Assembly: GCA_965207375.1 (NCBI GenBank)
Contig: CBDBMG010000001.1
Location: 32,001 to 96,000, forward strand
From: Nitrosopumilaceae archaeon
GTDB lineage: Archaea > Thermoproteota > Nitrososphaeria > Nitrososphaerales > Nitrosopumilaceae
Reading direction: 5' to 3'
Length of the DNA: 64,000 nucleotides
A program made the translations under genes and the position numbers. Below, piece after piece: positions 26,134 through 38,880 of the stretch; position 1 is the first letter of the stretch; each line of letters opens with the position of its first letter. The notes under the pieces are model-generated. The model searched no databases and was not told the DNA's origin. It saw nothing but the letters and a program-made list of their open reading frames with translations.

Positions 26134-29100
26134 GTGCAAGGCCAATCAGAAACAGTGTAGCAACCAAAAGCTTTGATATCAGTAAGGTTGACATTTTATT
26201 AAAAATATACAATATTTTCACAGCTATGGTTGGCTTTGTCACTTGGCCACCTTTTTATACTATCATCGAGACCAAGTGACAAACTCAATCATAGTCGTGA
26301 ATATGCCTTGTAGCTAAACTATTGTATATCATCATAAAATGTTTTAACTTCTTGGCCTTTGGTCACTTATAACCATTGCTGCTTCTGATTGGTCTCACAC
26401 TTTTTTTACAGCCAGACTGTTTTTATATATTACATATAATATATCTGACTGTCTGTAAAAACCAGCCATGTTTGCATCAAAACTGAAATCCATTTTTATT
26501 ACACAAGATCATAGCTACACTCAAGAACAACTATCAATACACACAGTATTTCTACTGGCCAATGTGAACAAGTGTTTTCTGGAGGGCATTTTGCCAACCT
26601 TGTGATGCCACGATAAAGAGAATGGTGCCTATCATAGAGCCAGTGTACCAATTAGGTGGCCATGACCTGAAACTGTTCCCATTGCCTTGCCCTTGTGGTG
26701 TGGTGTAGGCTCCTTGTGGCTACGTTTCCTACTTGAAACAGTTCCTTACAGTTTTTTGATCCACCTCCCACCCCTCTCTCCTATCCCACTCACTCACTCC
26801 TCGATGATGGCTAGATCTCAAAAGCCCTGAAATCCAGCCATCAGGTTAACTCTATGAATAATTGCTGCTAATATAAGATGGCTGGCTATAGGCAATTGCT
26901 TGTTTTAATTAATTGAAATGTTATTTCTCAAAATATTACCTAGGCTGGTTTTCACTCAGATGGTCACATATATTTGAGTAATTACAGTATTGTCATCATA
27001 GTTACTGTTATGCACTGTACATATAAACCACTAGGAATCTACTGGTTTGTATATATACATAGCTATGCAGCAGCTCACCACTATAATAATTATGCCAGTT
27101 TTGTGCTAGTATATAGTCTGTCTTAGCAGCATGAATTTTTATAGCTACAATGAGCCAAAGATACATTGATTTTAGTGAGTGGTTGCATTATCGCTAAAAT
27201 TTACTGATGCTAATTATAAACAATTTGATTGATAATCTCTAATAAAGCAGTCACCAATGATCGGTGATTGCACTATTACAGAGTATCAATGTGCAATCAG
27301 TATTCACTAAATGTGCAATCACTAACTTTAGTGTATATATTGTTAACATTACTCGGCTTATGGTACATAAGTAGTTTTACAGACCATTATTATTATACAG
27401 TATATAGCTACAGCTCAAAGACAACTTGATGCATGCAGGCAGAGCATACATGGTTAGCTCGAGTGTCACCCACACCCACATGTGCATGTAAGGGACATGT
27501 GCATGCCAAAAGTAATGCAGATTCTCTCCACCTAACTCAGTTCTTCATTCTGGCTTGTTTATTCTTACACTAGTTCACGCATATACATAGATTTAATGCT
27601 GTAACATACCAACCAAATTTATACTTGTTTGTCACCATATCAATTGGTTGTATTGCCATGCCTTGCTTGGAAAGAACAAGGATAGCTGGTTTTCTTAAGT
27701 AAATTAGGCACCATTCATTTCATCCCACCAATTGAAAACTCATTTCAAAATATTATATTCTTTGTTAGTATCCTGCGCATTTATAAAGTATTCGTTACGC
27801 GCATGGAGGGACCAAGCCAGATACTTACCGATGCCTTCAGCTCACCACCTACGTGTGGGTATCAAGTTGCCTTTGAGTTGTACCACTCCTACACTACATA
27901 AAATAGTAGGAGCTAGACTGCATACAGTATACAGTAGCTACATAGCTATATTACATAATAATGGAATATTTATTATACAGTATATTGAATCATGTTCAGT
28001 ATGAACTCATACCTTACCCAAATTGAATAATTGAAATGGCTCCCATCACTACATGCAATACTGTAGTTAGTTACTACTGTTGAAATATTGATTAATGGAA
28101 AATAGCCACATTGTTTTGCTTTTGTCATTGTACTGGTACCAATTGGCATAATACCCTACTATTGTAGTACAAATTTTCCTAACCATTCTCAGTAGTTACA
28201 TTTCATATATTATGTAATCAACTAGCTGGTATGTGATGTTTTTAGTTGTTACTTGACATGACACATTACAATGGTATGCTCGTTAGGATTATTTACATAC
28301 AAAACATCAATTAAAGAAAATAAATATTATATCACTCACCCACATAAGGTAGATCGTAATGCAATGTGCAAAATAATTTTTGAAACATGGCCTGAGACAC
28401 TGTCAGGACATAAAGTTTGGACGGACATAAGTGCAGTGGAGTTGTCTGAACATTGTGTTAAATCAACAGTCTTCCAGTAGTCTTTGCTCAAACGTTTATT
28501 CCGTACAAATGTAAAAATGCCCTGACAAATAGTGTTTTTCTCCAGAAAATGTCCACTGTCAGGCTGTTATTCCACACTCTGTAATGTAACTTATAGCATT
28601 TTGTATATGTACCTAAACCATTTACTGTATTTAGAGAAAAATTTGCTGTTGGAAATTTTCACGTGGAAACAGTTCGTGGTAAAATATTTTCATCTTCTGA
28701 GATAGTTGACGAAAATTTTTAACAACGAATGTTTTCCTAGTTGAAATTTTGTCACTTTGCTTGCTATATATATTCAGCCTTGGCTCTTGCACTCAGTCTT
28801 GTCTAGCCATACGATGCATTTCACACGAACATGTACGTACACATAGATTAGGGATTATAAATGCTTGCAGACTTGAAGGTATTTGCATAAGAAGCTCGAT
28901 CTCAGTTTCCTTCCCAGCTAGATATGGAGAGTGACAACATTTACATGCCCAAATATGGATTTTATCAACACCTTCCAATTTAACCTTCCAATGATGCCAT
29001 TGTAGTTCTACTTAATGAACAAGTGTCAGAATCTGAAGTATTTTGCCCACATGTGGGCAAAAAGTGAACAAGTTTGCCTAGCTTATTTAAAAATGGGGAA

Positions 29101-29641
29101 TTAATAGGGATCAAATAAGTTAACTAGGCTCTTACAGATCATGAAAGTATGGAAACAGGTTGGGGATTGAGAATCATACAATAGGCAGTTTTTATAACCA
29201 GAGCTAGTGTGTCTGGTTTAGATGAAAGAAAAATGTATGCGTTTGTCTTATCACTGGGTATTTTTCTGCATATGTAAATCCCTTTTGTTGCATGAGTGTG
29301 AATAAGCTCTAAAGTACTTACTTGACAGTTCTAGATGTAAATGTAATAGCTAATGCTGTAGCTGATATATCGGTTATCAGAATATCGGTTTATTTGATTA
29401 TCAGTCCACCTCTAATTTTAACAGCAGTAATTAACTATTACTTAAAGTAGTGATGGGAGGTAGTAGTTATTCATATGGGTAAGGTATGAGTTCATACTGA
29501 ATATGATTCAATACAAAAATTTTAAAATTTAAATGCTGAGTGTGGATCGAAGGGATCCACTAGTACAGTGCTACAAAATGTAAGGAAACAAGGAATAAGA
29601 TTCTGGCATGAGTGAACACTAAAGATTCTGGTAAGAGATAA

Positions 29642-31274
29642 TGCTAAACAAAAACAGCCTGGCTGTAAAAAAAGTGTGAGGCCAATCAGAAGCCACTATG
29701 GCTATAAGCGACCAAAATCTCTGATATCAAGTAAGGCCAAGAAGTTGAACATTTTATTAAGAATCCTTTTACTTGAATGACATACAATAGTTTACAGGGC
29801 ATTTTCACAACTATGATTGGCTTTGTCACTTGGCCACCTTATAAAAGATGATAGTACAAAAAGGTGGCCAAGTGACAAAGCCAATCATAGTTGTGAAAAT
29901 GCCCTGTAAACTATTGTATGTCATTCAAGTAAAAGGATTCTTAATAAAATGTTCAATTTCTTGGCCTTACTTGATATCAGAGATTTTGGTCGCTTATAGC
30001 CATTGTGGCTTCTGATTGGCCTCGCACTTTTTTTACAGCCAGGCTGTTTTTGTTTAGCATATCACTGCTTTTTGTAAATAGATTACAATTATAAACAAGT
30101 CCTGACAAGAAACCTTATATGAAGTATGCAGAGTAATAAAAATTTAAAGGGGAGAGGAGCTGGAAGTTAATACTTTAGGTGTTTCCCCGGCTTGTATTTC
30201 CCCCAAGTAGCTAATGAACATATAAAGTACGTATTACTATAATTGTTAGCTATGTATATAGGTGGAGAACAGTGAAGAACCTCAATGAAGGCACATCATT
30301 GCCATCATGTCCTGTACTGTTGATTGATCTACAGGAGAAGATATATTATAATGCTATAAATAAATTTTGTGCATGCTAACAGGACAGTGGTCTCCTATTT
30401 ATAATGTATGGCCACTGTTCACCTCGTGTTGTTTGGTATAATTATCTTGCATGGCACATAAGCATGAATGATCATTAAAGGCTAATTTTGACAAACTGAA
30501 GTGTCACAATTTCTTTAAACTTATCCTGAAGATTCATATATCAATATAGTTTGTGTATCTGAAATTTTATTCAAATGATTTAGAGGGGGTCCTAGTTATG
30601 GAAACTATCAACATGCAGTGTAAAAGTATCTCTCAAATACAGTTAGGTATTTGCTTTATGCTGAAAGTTGTTTGTCTGATAGAGCATACATAGGAGAAGT
30701 GTTGATACAAATTTGGTTGAAATCCATGCAGAAATGAGTGAGTTATTAGACAAATAAGTGTGAGTGTTTCAAATAGAAATTCCGGAATTCACGCGCAAGC
30801 GCACAAAAAGTGTGCGATGAAAATGAAAGAAGAAAGAAAGAAAAAAAACGACGGGCGCCTAAAATATTTTTGATTACAGGAAGGAGTTTATAAGGCGTGT
30901 ACGGAAAACTCGTGTCATGGATATCAAACGACTTCAGGTCAACGATTCTTCATACATTGAAGGTACTATTTGTTTAGTAAACGAGTAAGTAGGTGCCAAG
31001 GGGATGGTTTTTCGAGCGTGGGCGCACGAACGGGTGCCATAAAACTCGCAATGGCTGGTACTTAGGATTGGTGGCGCCGATTTCCTCCATTGTCGGGTTA
31101 CTAATTCTATATGGTTAGAACGTTCTGAGTCCTGAATAACTAGGCGATAGCTGTCGTGGCGGCTTAGTTACAGAGTTTTCAAATTTCAGAGCGGTGCTAC
31201 GTGTAAATAACTCACTCATTCGTCGCGTACGGCTGCTTCTTCTTGGCCTCGCGACTCACTATCGTGAGTCTTGA
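29642..31274 (-). mobile_element. Helitron-like element, family B, with a 200-bp-arm terminal palindrome
   Basis: 5' TCAAGACTCACGATAGTGAGTC; arms 29641-29840 and 29861-30060 with a 20-nt loop; inserted in gagataa|tttataaaag with no TSD. Confidence 0.75.
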
Positions 31275-32543
31275 TTTATAAAAGTTTAATCCTACTTTTG
31301 GTGAATGTACTAATGACTAAAATGAGCCAAAAGTAGGGATTAAACTTTTATAAATTATCTCTTGCCAGAATCTTCAGTGTTCACTCGTGCCACAATCTTA
31401 TTCCTTGTTTCCTTACTTTTGTAGCACTGTACTAGTGGATCCCTTCGATCCCTACTCACCATTTAAATTTTTAATTTTTTATTATTCTAGTTTGTTAGCT
31501 GTTTATAGGGCATTATAATAATCATTCAGGTGCCTATATAGCAGGTACACAAAATTCTACAGGCGCTTACATAATCATGGATTCTTTACAGATGCTTGTT
31601 AACAACCTGCTTGTGTGGCAAAGCAGCTGTGAAAGCAAATCACGTCCTTTAAACAGCGAATCTATTTGTCCAGTGGTTAGTCGATGTTTAGTTTATAATC
31701 AAAACATCGATAAGCGGCTGGCGCGTAAATTGGTCTGGCACGCGAGACTAAGACTAGTCTGCGTTTCAGTTGAATTAGTTTAGTTATAATTTATGGAGTA
31801 TAGTCGTTCAAATTGTTTAGTGTACAGTTGTGTCAAGTAGTGCAACAGTGGATGTGGCGTAAGTTGATGCTGTGCTTTTTCGTGTAATGGGATGGCAACC
31901 ACGTGTGTGTGTGTGTGCGCATGCGTAATACTTAGCCTAGAATGTTTCTTCTAGAAAGCCTCTTCTGTAAGCCATAACACAAAATTCTCTCTGAGGACAC
32001 ATGCAACATTCCATGAAGCGATTTGTAACTATAAAACGACAGGCGCGCATTATTGTACCTGTTTACACCTTGTATGGAATGTTGTGGTTACGCTGAAATA
32101 GGTTTACGCATTCCAATTGATAGAGAAGAAAGTAATAAAAGGAAGGATAAAAGAATCACCATGGCGTAGTAGGAAAATTGTCTTCGGAACAACAGATTCG
32201 TAAATTCGACGCAGTAACCTGTTGTTTTGTGTAATTTTTGGAGCCCTACACCTAGCGCAACCCGGTCTTACAGCAGGCTGGCTGGCAGGCTGGCAGGCAG
32301 ATGAAATCCAGGTGATTTTCAAAATTTTTAAATTCATTATAGATCAAAATAATCAACATTTTGCTTTGTTAAACAAATATAAAGCATTATTATAGCTGTG
32401 CTAGTGCATTTAAGTCGGTCGCGCCTGGTTTCTTAAAAGGGTAGCGTTAGGTACAGGCCGAATGCCGCAATTACTAACTTTAATTATTTTGATAGGCGCT
32501 TGTGATAGACTTTGAGCAACAACGGTTGTAGCCCCATTGTAGC

Positions 32544-32638
32544 TAGTCTGGCGTAGCCAGCCCCCATGTGTGAGCATCAGCGAGCGCCCCATCAAATAAA
32601 TTAGCGAGCGCATAAAAGGGTCTGGCAACGCCAGACTA
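32544..32638. mobile_element. 95-bp mini AcademH-like element
   Basis: TAGTCTGGCG..CGCCAGACTA; 9-bp TSD cattgtagc. Confidence 0.8.
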
Positions 32639-33055
32639 CATTGTAGCCTGGACATGATAGCTGATTACTGAGCTGCTAGCTAGCTGACAAGTTTTAACGA
32701 CGGCAGGCCGGGCGAATTTGTTGGGCCCACTTTGGCTTGCGGCTTGGATTAATTCGTTTGGATACTAATGAAAACGATTCAATGAAAACAGCTGGAAGTG
32801 TGCGGTGTTTTCCCCACATGATGTTGCCATTTCTACCTTGAAGATTACGGAGTGCTTGTCTATAACGTTGCAGCTTTTGTCTCTTCCAGTCGCTTTATAC
32901 CAGCGTGTTTGAGATGATGGCTATTAAAGCAGACGTTTAACTGCACAACTTTTCAAAAGTCCATGCCTCACGTGAGTCGCTCAACATGCTACCATAGATA
33001 AACTGTTCAGTTTTATATACGACCAATTTAAGGGTTTATATATCTTGGCCATTGC

Positions 33056-33981
33056 CAGGGGCGTAGGGAGGGGGGTTTCCTTGGGTTCAGGAAACCCCCT
33101 TCAAGTTCAGTACATAACACAACTTGGTGAAATTACACCAGTGATATTACAAATGATATAAATGACCAAACCTTTGAGGCTCAATATATATAGTCTTGGT
33201 ACGTATATAATTACTTACTTGCTTTAAACTTTCTATCAACCTTCTGTATCAGAATGGAACATCGCCATTTACGGGGTGTGCATTATTTAGAATTTACATG
33301 TGTATTTAATTATGAAGCGCCAGATGACTCTAGATGGGTTTAGTTTTGTGAAAACTAAGCAAAGGTATGAAATTCATATATATACATATTGAATTCTATT
33401 GTGTTTCTTTGTATGCATGTTGTTCCATGGGTTAATTGTTTTAAAGCACGATATTGAACTTACTAACTGAGTACCTAGCTAAGCAATTTCAGTCAGCTAG
33501 CTACAAAAGATCCTTTTTAGTACAGGCTTATTAAAAAGTAATCATAAGCCTGTAAAGGAATACTTTTGTAGCTGGCAGGCTGGAATTGCAGAATTGCGAT
33601 ATGATGGTACTGCCAGTAACTTCATATGAAGCAGAGCGTTCTTTCAGTACTTTGCGTAGACTGAAGACTTATCTCCACACTACAATGAGCCAAAAAAGAT
33701 TAAATGGCTTAGCTTTACTAAATGTATATAAGTCTACCACATACATACCATCTACAATGAAAATTAGAACTGAATTTTAGAAGCATAGGTGTTTAATGGA
33801 ATCCAAATCTTTGTAGGTAGCTAGCTAATTAACTATATCATTAATACATTCACTGTAATCATGCAGGAGCTAGATACACACAAACATTATTTTACATCTG
33901 ATTATATTTGATAATTCGTCAGCGTCTGGGATCTATACTCCCAGTGGAAACCCCCTTTATAAAATCCTGGCTACGCCCCTG
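33056..33981 (+). mobile_element. hAT deletion derivative with a dimerisation-domain remnant (~33601-33780)
   Basis: CAGGGGCGTAG...CTACGCCCCTG TIRs; 6-bp TSD cattgc; LPVTSYEAERSFSTLRRLKTYLHTTMSQKRLNGLALLNV motif. Confidence 0.9.
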
Positions 33982-35463
33982 CATTGCAGTAATATGACTT
34001 CACCAACAAAGGTTGTAATTATGTAACACTATAACACTTATTTTTGTAGGTACTGTTCAGTCTTGTGTTCAGTATGATGTTCCGGGATAAAACTGTTCAT
34101 CATTGTATGATTGTACTGGCACATTGAAATAAAGATGTAAACAATGTGCAACCAGTTTGAAAGTATCACTACGGAAGTCAAGGAACCAGATTCCCAAGAA
34201 GCAAGAACAAAATTGAGTATAGAAACAAGGGAACATGGACAAGAGCATAGCCAGATCCAAGCGCGAAGTGTAACGATCACAGATGTTCTTGTGCAATTGG
34301 AATGCAATTATGTTTATTATTATAGTTCAATTGTCATAAATTTAGCAAATACTGTGATCTGATTGGTGATTTTATAATACTGCTATCTAATTGGTGCTGT
34401 GACTATAGTTGCAATGACACCCGTGATTGTCACCAGACCCTACATGAGACTAGACAAGATTAATCTTAATGTTGATACTGTGCATGTGCATGTGGAATCA
34501 TAGTGAACTGTTTAACTATTGTTATATTGTGTGTTACCATTCCAGGTACTATAATACGTACTTAGATCCATCTTATACCCCACAAATATTGCCTGTATTT
34601 CAGTAAAATCTGTAATTCATAAAATCAGACACAATATAAAGAATTACAAATATTGTATAGCACAAAATTTTTTATGGGAAATGAAGTCTTACCCCTATGT
34701 ATAGTTGCATAGTTCTTATACAAACTTGATGGGCGGAACATTGACAAATTGACAGAAAATTTCCCTATTGAAATTTTTCACTTATCATGCTGGTCCTGAA
34801 TATCCTTGTATCATCCACCACTCATCTTCTTGTGACAGTATATCATCAGGTAAAGTTGCACATGTTGAAGCCTTGAAGTTCAAGTTCAACTTCATGATGC
34901 ATAAGACTTTGGCCATAATAGTTAAACTGTTCTTTTACAGCAAAAATCTTCACAGCTATGTATCCAACCCTAGTTTTGTTGAATGGCTTGACAGGACCTG
35001 AAAAACCCAAGTGTTGATATTAAATGTTACACATACCCAACACTGCATGATTTGCTGGTGGACCGTCATTACACATGTACGGACACGCACACAAAAGCTA
35101 GCCAACAGTAAAAGGTTGTTGCTATAATAGTGGTTAGGCAATGGTAAGACGTTGAAATACTCACGTGAGGCATGGATTTTTGAAAGTTGTGCAGTCACTG
35201 CAGTGAAACATGCTTTAATAATCATCATCTCAAACACGCTGATATAAAGCGATCGGAAAACAATACGTTATAGTCAAAGGCTCCGTAATCATCAAGGAAC
35301 AAATGGGAAGGTGAGTTGATTAACAAATCAATCAATCGATCAAATCAAGAATTACAAACGCCTGTAGAAATAAATTAAGTAAGTTTTACGGTAGAAACCG
35401 ATTTCCGGTTGCGGCATTGGGCCTGTACCTAACGCTACCCTTCTTAAAATCACTTCGGTGCGG

Positions 35464-35617
<154 letters not shown>

Positions 35618-36241
35618 GCCCCCGAGGCCATGAATAACTAGTGGCATGATATGGACCCTGTGTGATTGGTTAAACAAGTTCTGCTGCCTTTTCACTTCTT
35701 TATACGGCACTTGCTATCGATAGTGTTGATGGGCGGGGCCTTAGTAACGAAGCGCGTCGTGAGTTACTGCCAAAGAAGAGCAAGATAACGCTGTATTTGC
35801 CGTTCATTACACGGTAAAAGCTGTTTAACCAGTCGTACATTACTAACAAGACGGAGCGCTTTAGTTTTATAAGTGGGCGTGCCGTGCGGGTTGCGGAGCT
35901 TATAAAAGAAGACTGGCCTACACAGTTACAGTAAGAATTTCGGCATAAAATAACTTTATACTACTTTCAAAAAGTTCTATCACTAAAGTACTGGAGTACA
36001 AAGCGGGTTTAAACAGAAGAATTAAATTCGCATGCGTTGCTATGTGTTCCTTAGTGATGAGTCTATGCTCACGTGACTTGCTGATGACGTTATTAAGGAC
36101 TATTACAATACATTAAATAAATGTTTTAGCTTACACACAACGTCTGGTTTTTAGATGGTAATACGTCAACTTGTTCACATTGCAGACCCTACCTCACGTG
36201 ACCTCTGCTTCTGATAATTTCGCTCGATCCTTACATTGAAC

Positions 36242-36936
36242 ATGTTGCGAATTGACCTTGTGCTAATAGTAGCAATATTTACTACTATTGTACAATGTCA
36301 GATAATGACGTTACTCAACTCTACTTCATCCTACCTTATGTACGAAGGATTAGTAATTGAGCCGGAGGGCGCCGTCACGTTAACTCTCAGAACCTACCAG
36401 TTAAATGCTACTGTGTTGTATATACAAGGAGTCGATGAGACATTCGTTTATCTACATCTAGTGAATGGTAGAATGAGTCTTGCAGTAAATGATGGCAACG
36501 GCACGAAAACGAGATCTTTGCCTAACCCGTACAATACTAAGAGTGCAGATGAAATTTACCACTGGAATGATAAAACTTATGGGTAACAGCGGCACGGAGA
36601 GTGTAAATATTAGCAGACAAGTGGAGATCATGTCACCCATCTTTATTGGAGGTATACCAGATACGCCTCCATTTTCAATTACCAATGACCTAGTGATGAA
36701 TAATGCCCACTTAGTGGGTTGTGTGAGACGTGTACAGCTGAGCAATGGAACTACAGATACAGATAGTGCAGATGCTACAGAACGTAGTAGGGATATAGAG
36801 GATGACTGTACTCTAGCATGTCGAATGTTAGACTGTAGCCCAGAAGTGGATAGTGAAGGCCAATGTATAGAGTATTATACTCATGGAATATGTAACTGCA
36901 GAGTAGTGTTTGATAGTGAGGGGTCTTGGTGTAATG
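36242..36936 (+). pseudogene. Neurexin-like gene exon 1: signal peptide, LamG and EGF-like domain, with a +1 frameshift near 36530-36545
   Basis: MLRIDLVLIVAIFTTIVQC signal; LTLRT...VLYI...LHLVNGRM in one frame continues as IFIGGIP...LVGCVRRV and a 6-Cys EGF-like unit in the next frame; gtaagt donor. Confidence 0.8.
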
Positions 36937-36983
36937 GTAAGTTGAGAATTATGTTGCAATGTACTGTGATATTCTGTTATTAG

Positions 36984-38093
36984 AGACGGTAGCTATTACA
37001 GCATTTGATGGGTTGAGTTATAAATGTTACACTCTACCTCAGTATGATAGTCCATTTGTTGAAGATGAAAGTATTACACTATTTGCAAGAACTCCGCCAC
37101 CTAGTGGTACCTTGATGACTGGATGGAGAGGAGACTATCATTTCTCTTTATATATTAAAGAGCATATACTTCATTATGAAGCATGGCAAGGTAATAAAAG
37201 CATCGTTAACGTCACCTCTACTCAAGATATTGGGGTTGGAACATTTGAAGTTTATCGAACTGTTGATATTATCGAGTTCAACATAATTGATGAGACAAAT
37301 TTTAGAACACCATTTGCCACAGGAAATATTACTTTACGAGAATTTGATTATGTTCGATTCCTTGATATTTGTGTAGGTGGTGCTACCTTAAAGAGTCCCC
37401 TTTATTCTGGTCCTTTACAAGAAGTATATTATAATCTTTACCATCTGTCAAGTAATGGTTTTAATGAGAGAGATGTTTCAAGAGTTGATAGAGTAAATTT
37501 TGTTGATTCTAATGCTCGGATTATGTTACCAGGCAACCTAGGAGATGGATTAACTACTCACATTGAATTACAATTTCGTACAGCACAACAAAATGCTATA
37601 TTGTTACATGCCGAGAGTGGAAACAATTTCTTCCGTGTTGCTATCAACAATTCTAAAGTGTATATAAGCTTGCTAGTTGATGATAGGGCTTACAGTAGCA
37701 GCTGTAACCTTGCCATTACTCCGACTAACTGGTACTCACTAAGTGTAGAGCCTATAGTTGGGTCAGACAGTAGTGATGGAGTTAGTATTACAGTAAGCAG
37801 TCCTCATGCTAGCACTCGGTGTGGAGTTACATCACTTATTGCAGTCTTCAGCTCTACATCTGTAGTAGTTGGGGGTGAGGCTGGAGGTGTAGATGGGTTG
37901 ATGGGATGTGTGGAGTTGATGTTGAACATGGAACCACTAAGCTTGGGGGCTGTCCTTAGTGACATAATACGAACAAATGGTTGTCAAGCTTGTGACATAG
38001 CAACCCCTTGTCTAAATGGAGGGAAGTGTCAACCTCTTGATGATCATACCTTTAACTGTAGCTGTATAGATCCTTACCATGGTGATTATTGTG
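36984..38093 (+). CDS. Neurexin-like gene exon 2: LamG-LamG-EGF
   Basis: AFDGLSY..ITLFART, IELQFRTAQQNAILL, VVVGG...LMGCV, CDIATPCLNGGKC...FNCSCIDPYHGDYC; 47-nt upstream intron; gtaagc donor; no further LamG exons seen. Confidence 0.88.
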
Positions 38094-38192
38094 GTAAGCA
38101 TTATCTTCATACTAACATCTTGAGGCATATGTACAGTCCCCATGTAGTGTAGTATGTGGTGGTTGTGTTTCACGTGAATGAGTGATTACTAA

Positions 38193-38498
38193 GGGGGCAT
38201 CTCCAAACTGAATTTAGTACGCTTAACGTCATAATGACGTTTAGAGGGGGGTTTCAGACCGTGACGTTATTAATTTAAATACTTTATATGTATGTATATT
38301 GTATGTATGTATGTATATATTTTGTATGTATACTTTATATATTGTATGTATGTATGCCTTACTGGGTAAAATATTAAATAACATGATTTTGTGCCAATAC
38401 ATTGTTTTACTAGCATGACATTAAGGAGGGGGAGGGGGATCAAATAGTTAGTGTCACAATGACGTTAAGTGTACTAAATTCAGTTTGGAGATGCCCCC
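38193..38498. mobile_element. PIF/Harbinger-like MITE
   Basis: GGGGGCATCTCCAAACTGAATTTAGTAC TIR; TAA TSD. Confidence 0.85.
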
Positions 38499-38880
38499 TA
38501 ACATTGTGGTCATACTGTCCCCCACATGACTTCTTGTGTTACAATCATGTCAATCAATAATATGAGCAATAGACATGATGGGAGGGCTTTATTGCATTAT
38601 ATGATGGAATCCTTCTAAAATAAATAAGTATCATTACTAGTTAGTTGCTCGCTATATTTGTCCAGAACTTCTACTAAACTGACAAGACTCTGAAAAGTAA
38701 TCCTTTGCGCCAAAATCTGAAGACTGTTCTGGTACCTGTATGTGAGCTGTCCATTAGCACCCGGCATTGATTGCAGACCTGCGTATGTTGGCTCCCGCAG
38801 TCCATTAATAATGCCCCAGTGCTTAAAATCATACCTGGCGCATAAATAATTAATTGATATGTCTAAATGGCAATGTTGGG

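Larger units (their letters stand above)
32439..35440. mobile_element. MULE-like TIR element
   Basis: 32-bp TIR GGGTAGCGTTAGGTACAGGCC(G/C)AATGCCGCAA; 9-bp TSD ttcttaaaa (32430-32438 / 35441-35449). Confidence 0.75.

Noticed and set aside
36485-36548. Possible 64-nt intron (gtaaat...gcag), or 13-nt gt..ag, that would repair the LamG frameshift
   Set aside because: No pyrimidine tract, and it would delete LamG-like residues (VNDGNGTK); 13 nt is implausibly short. A frameshift lesion is more parsimonious, though RNA-seq could overturn this
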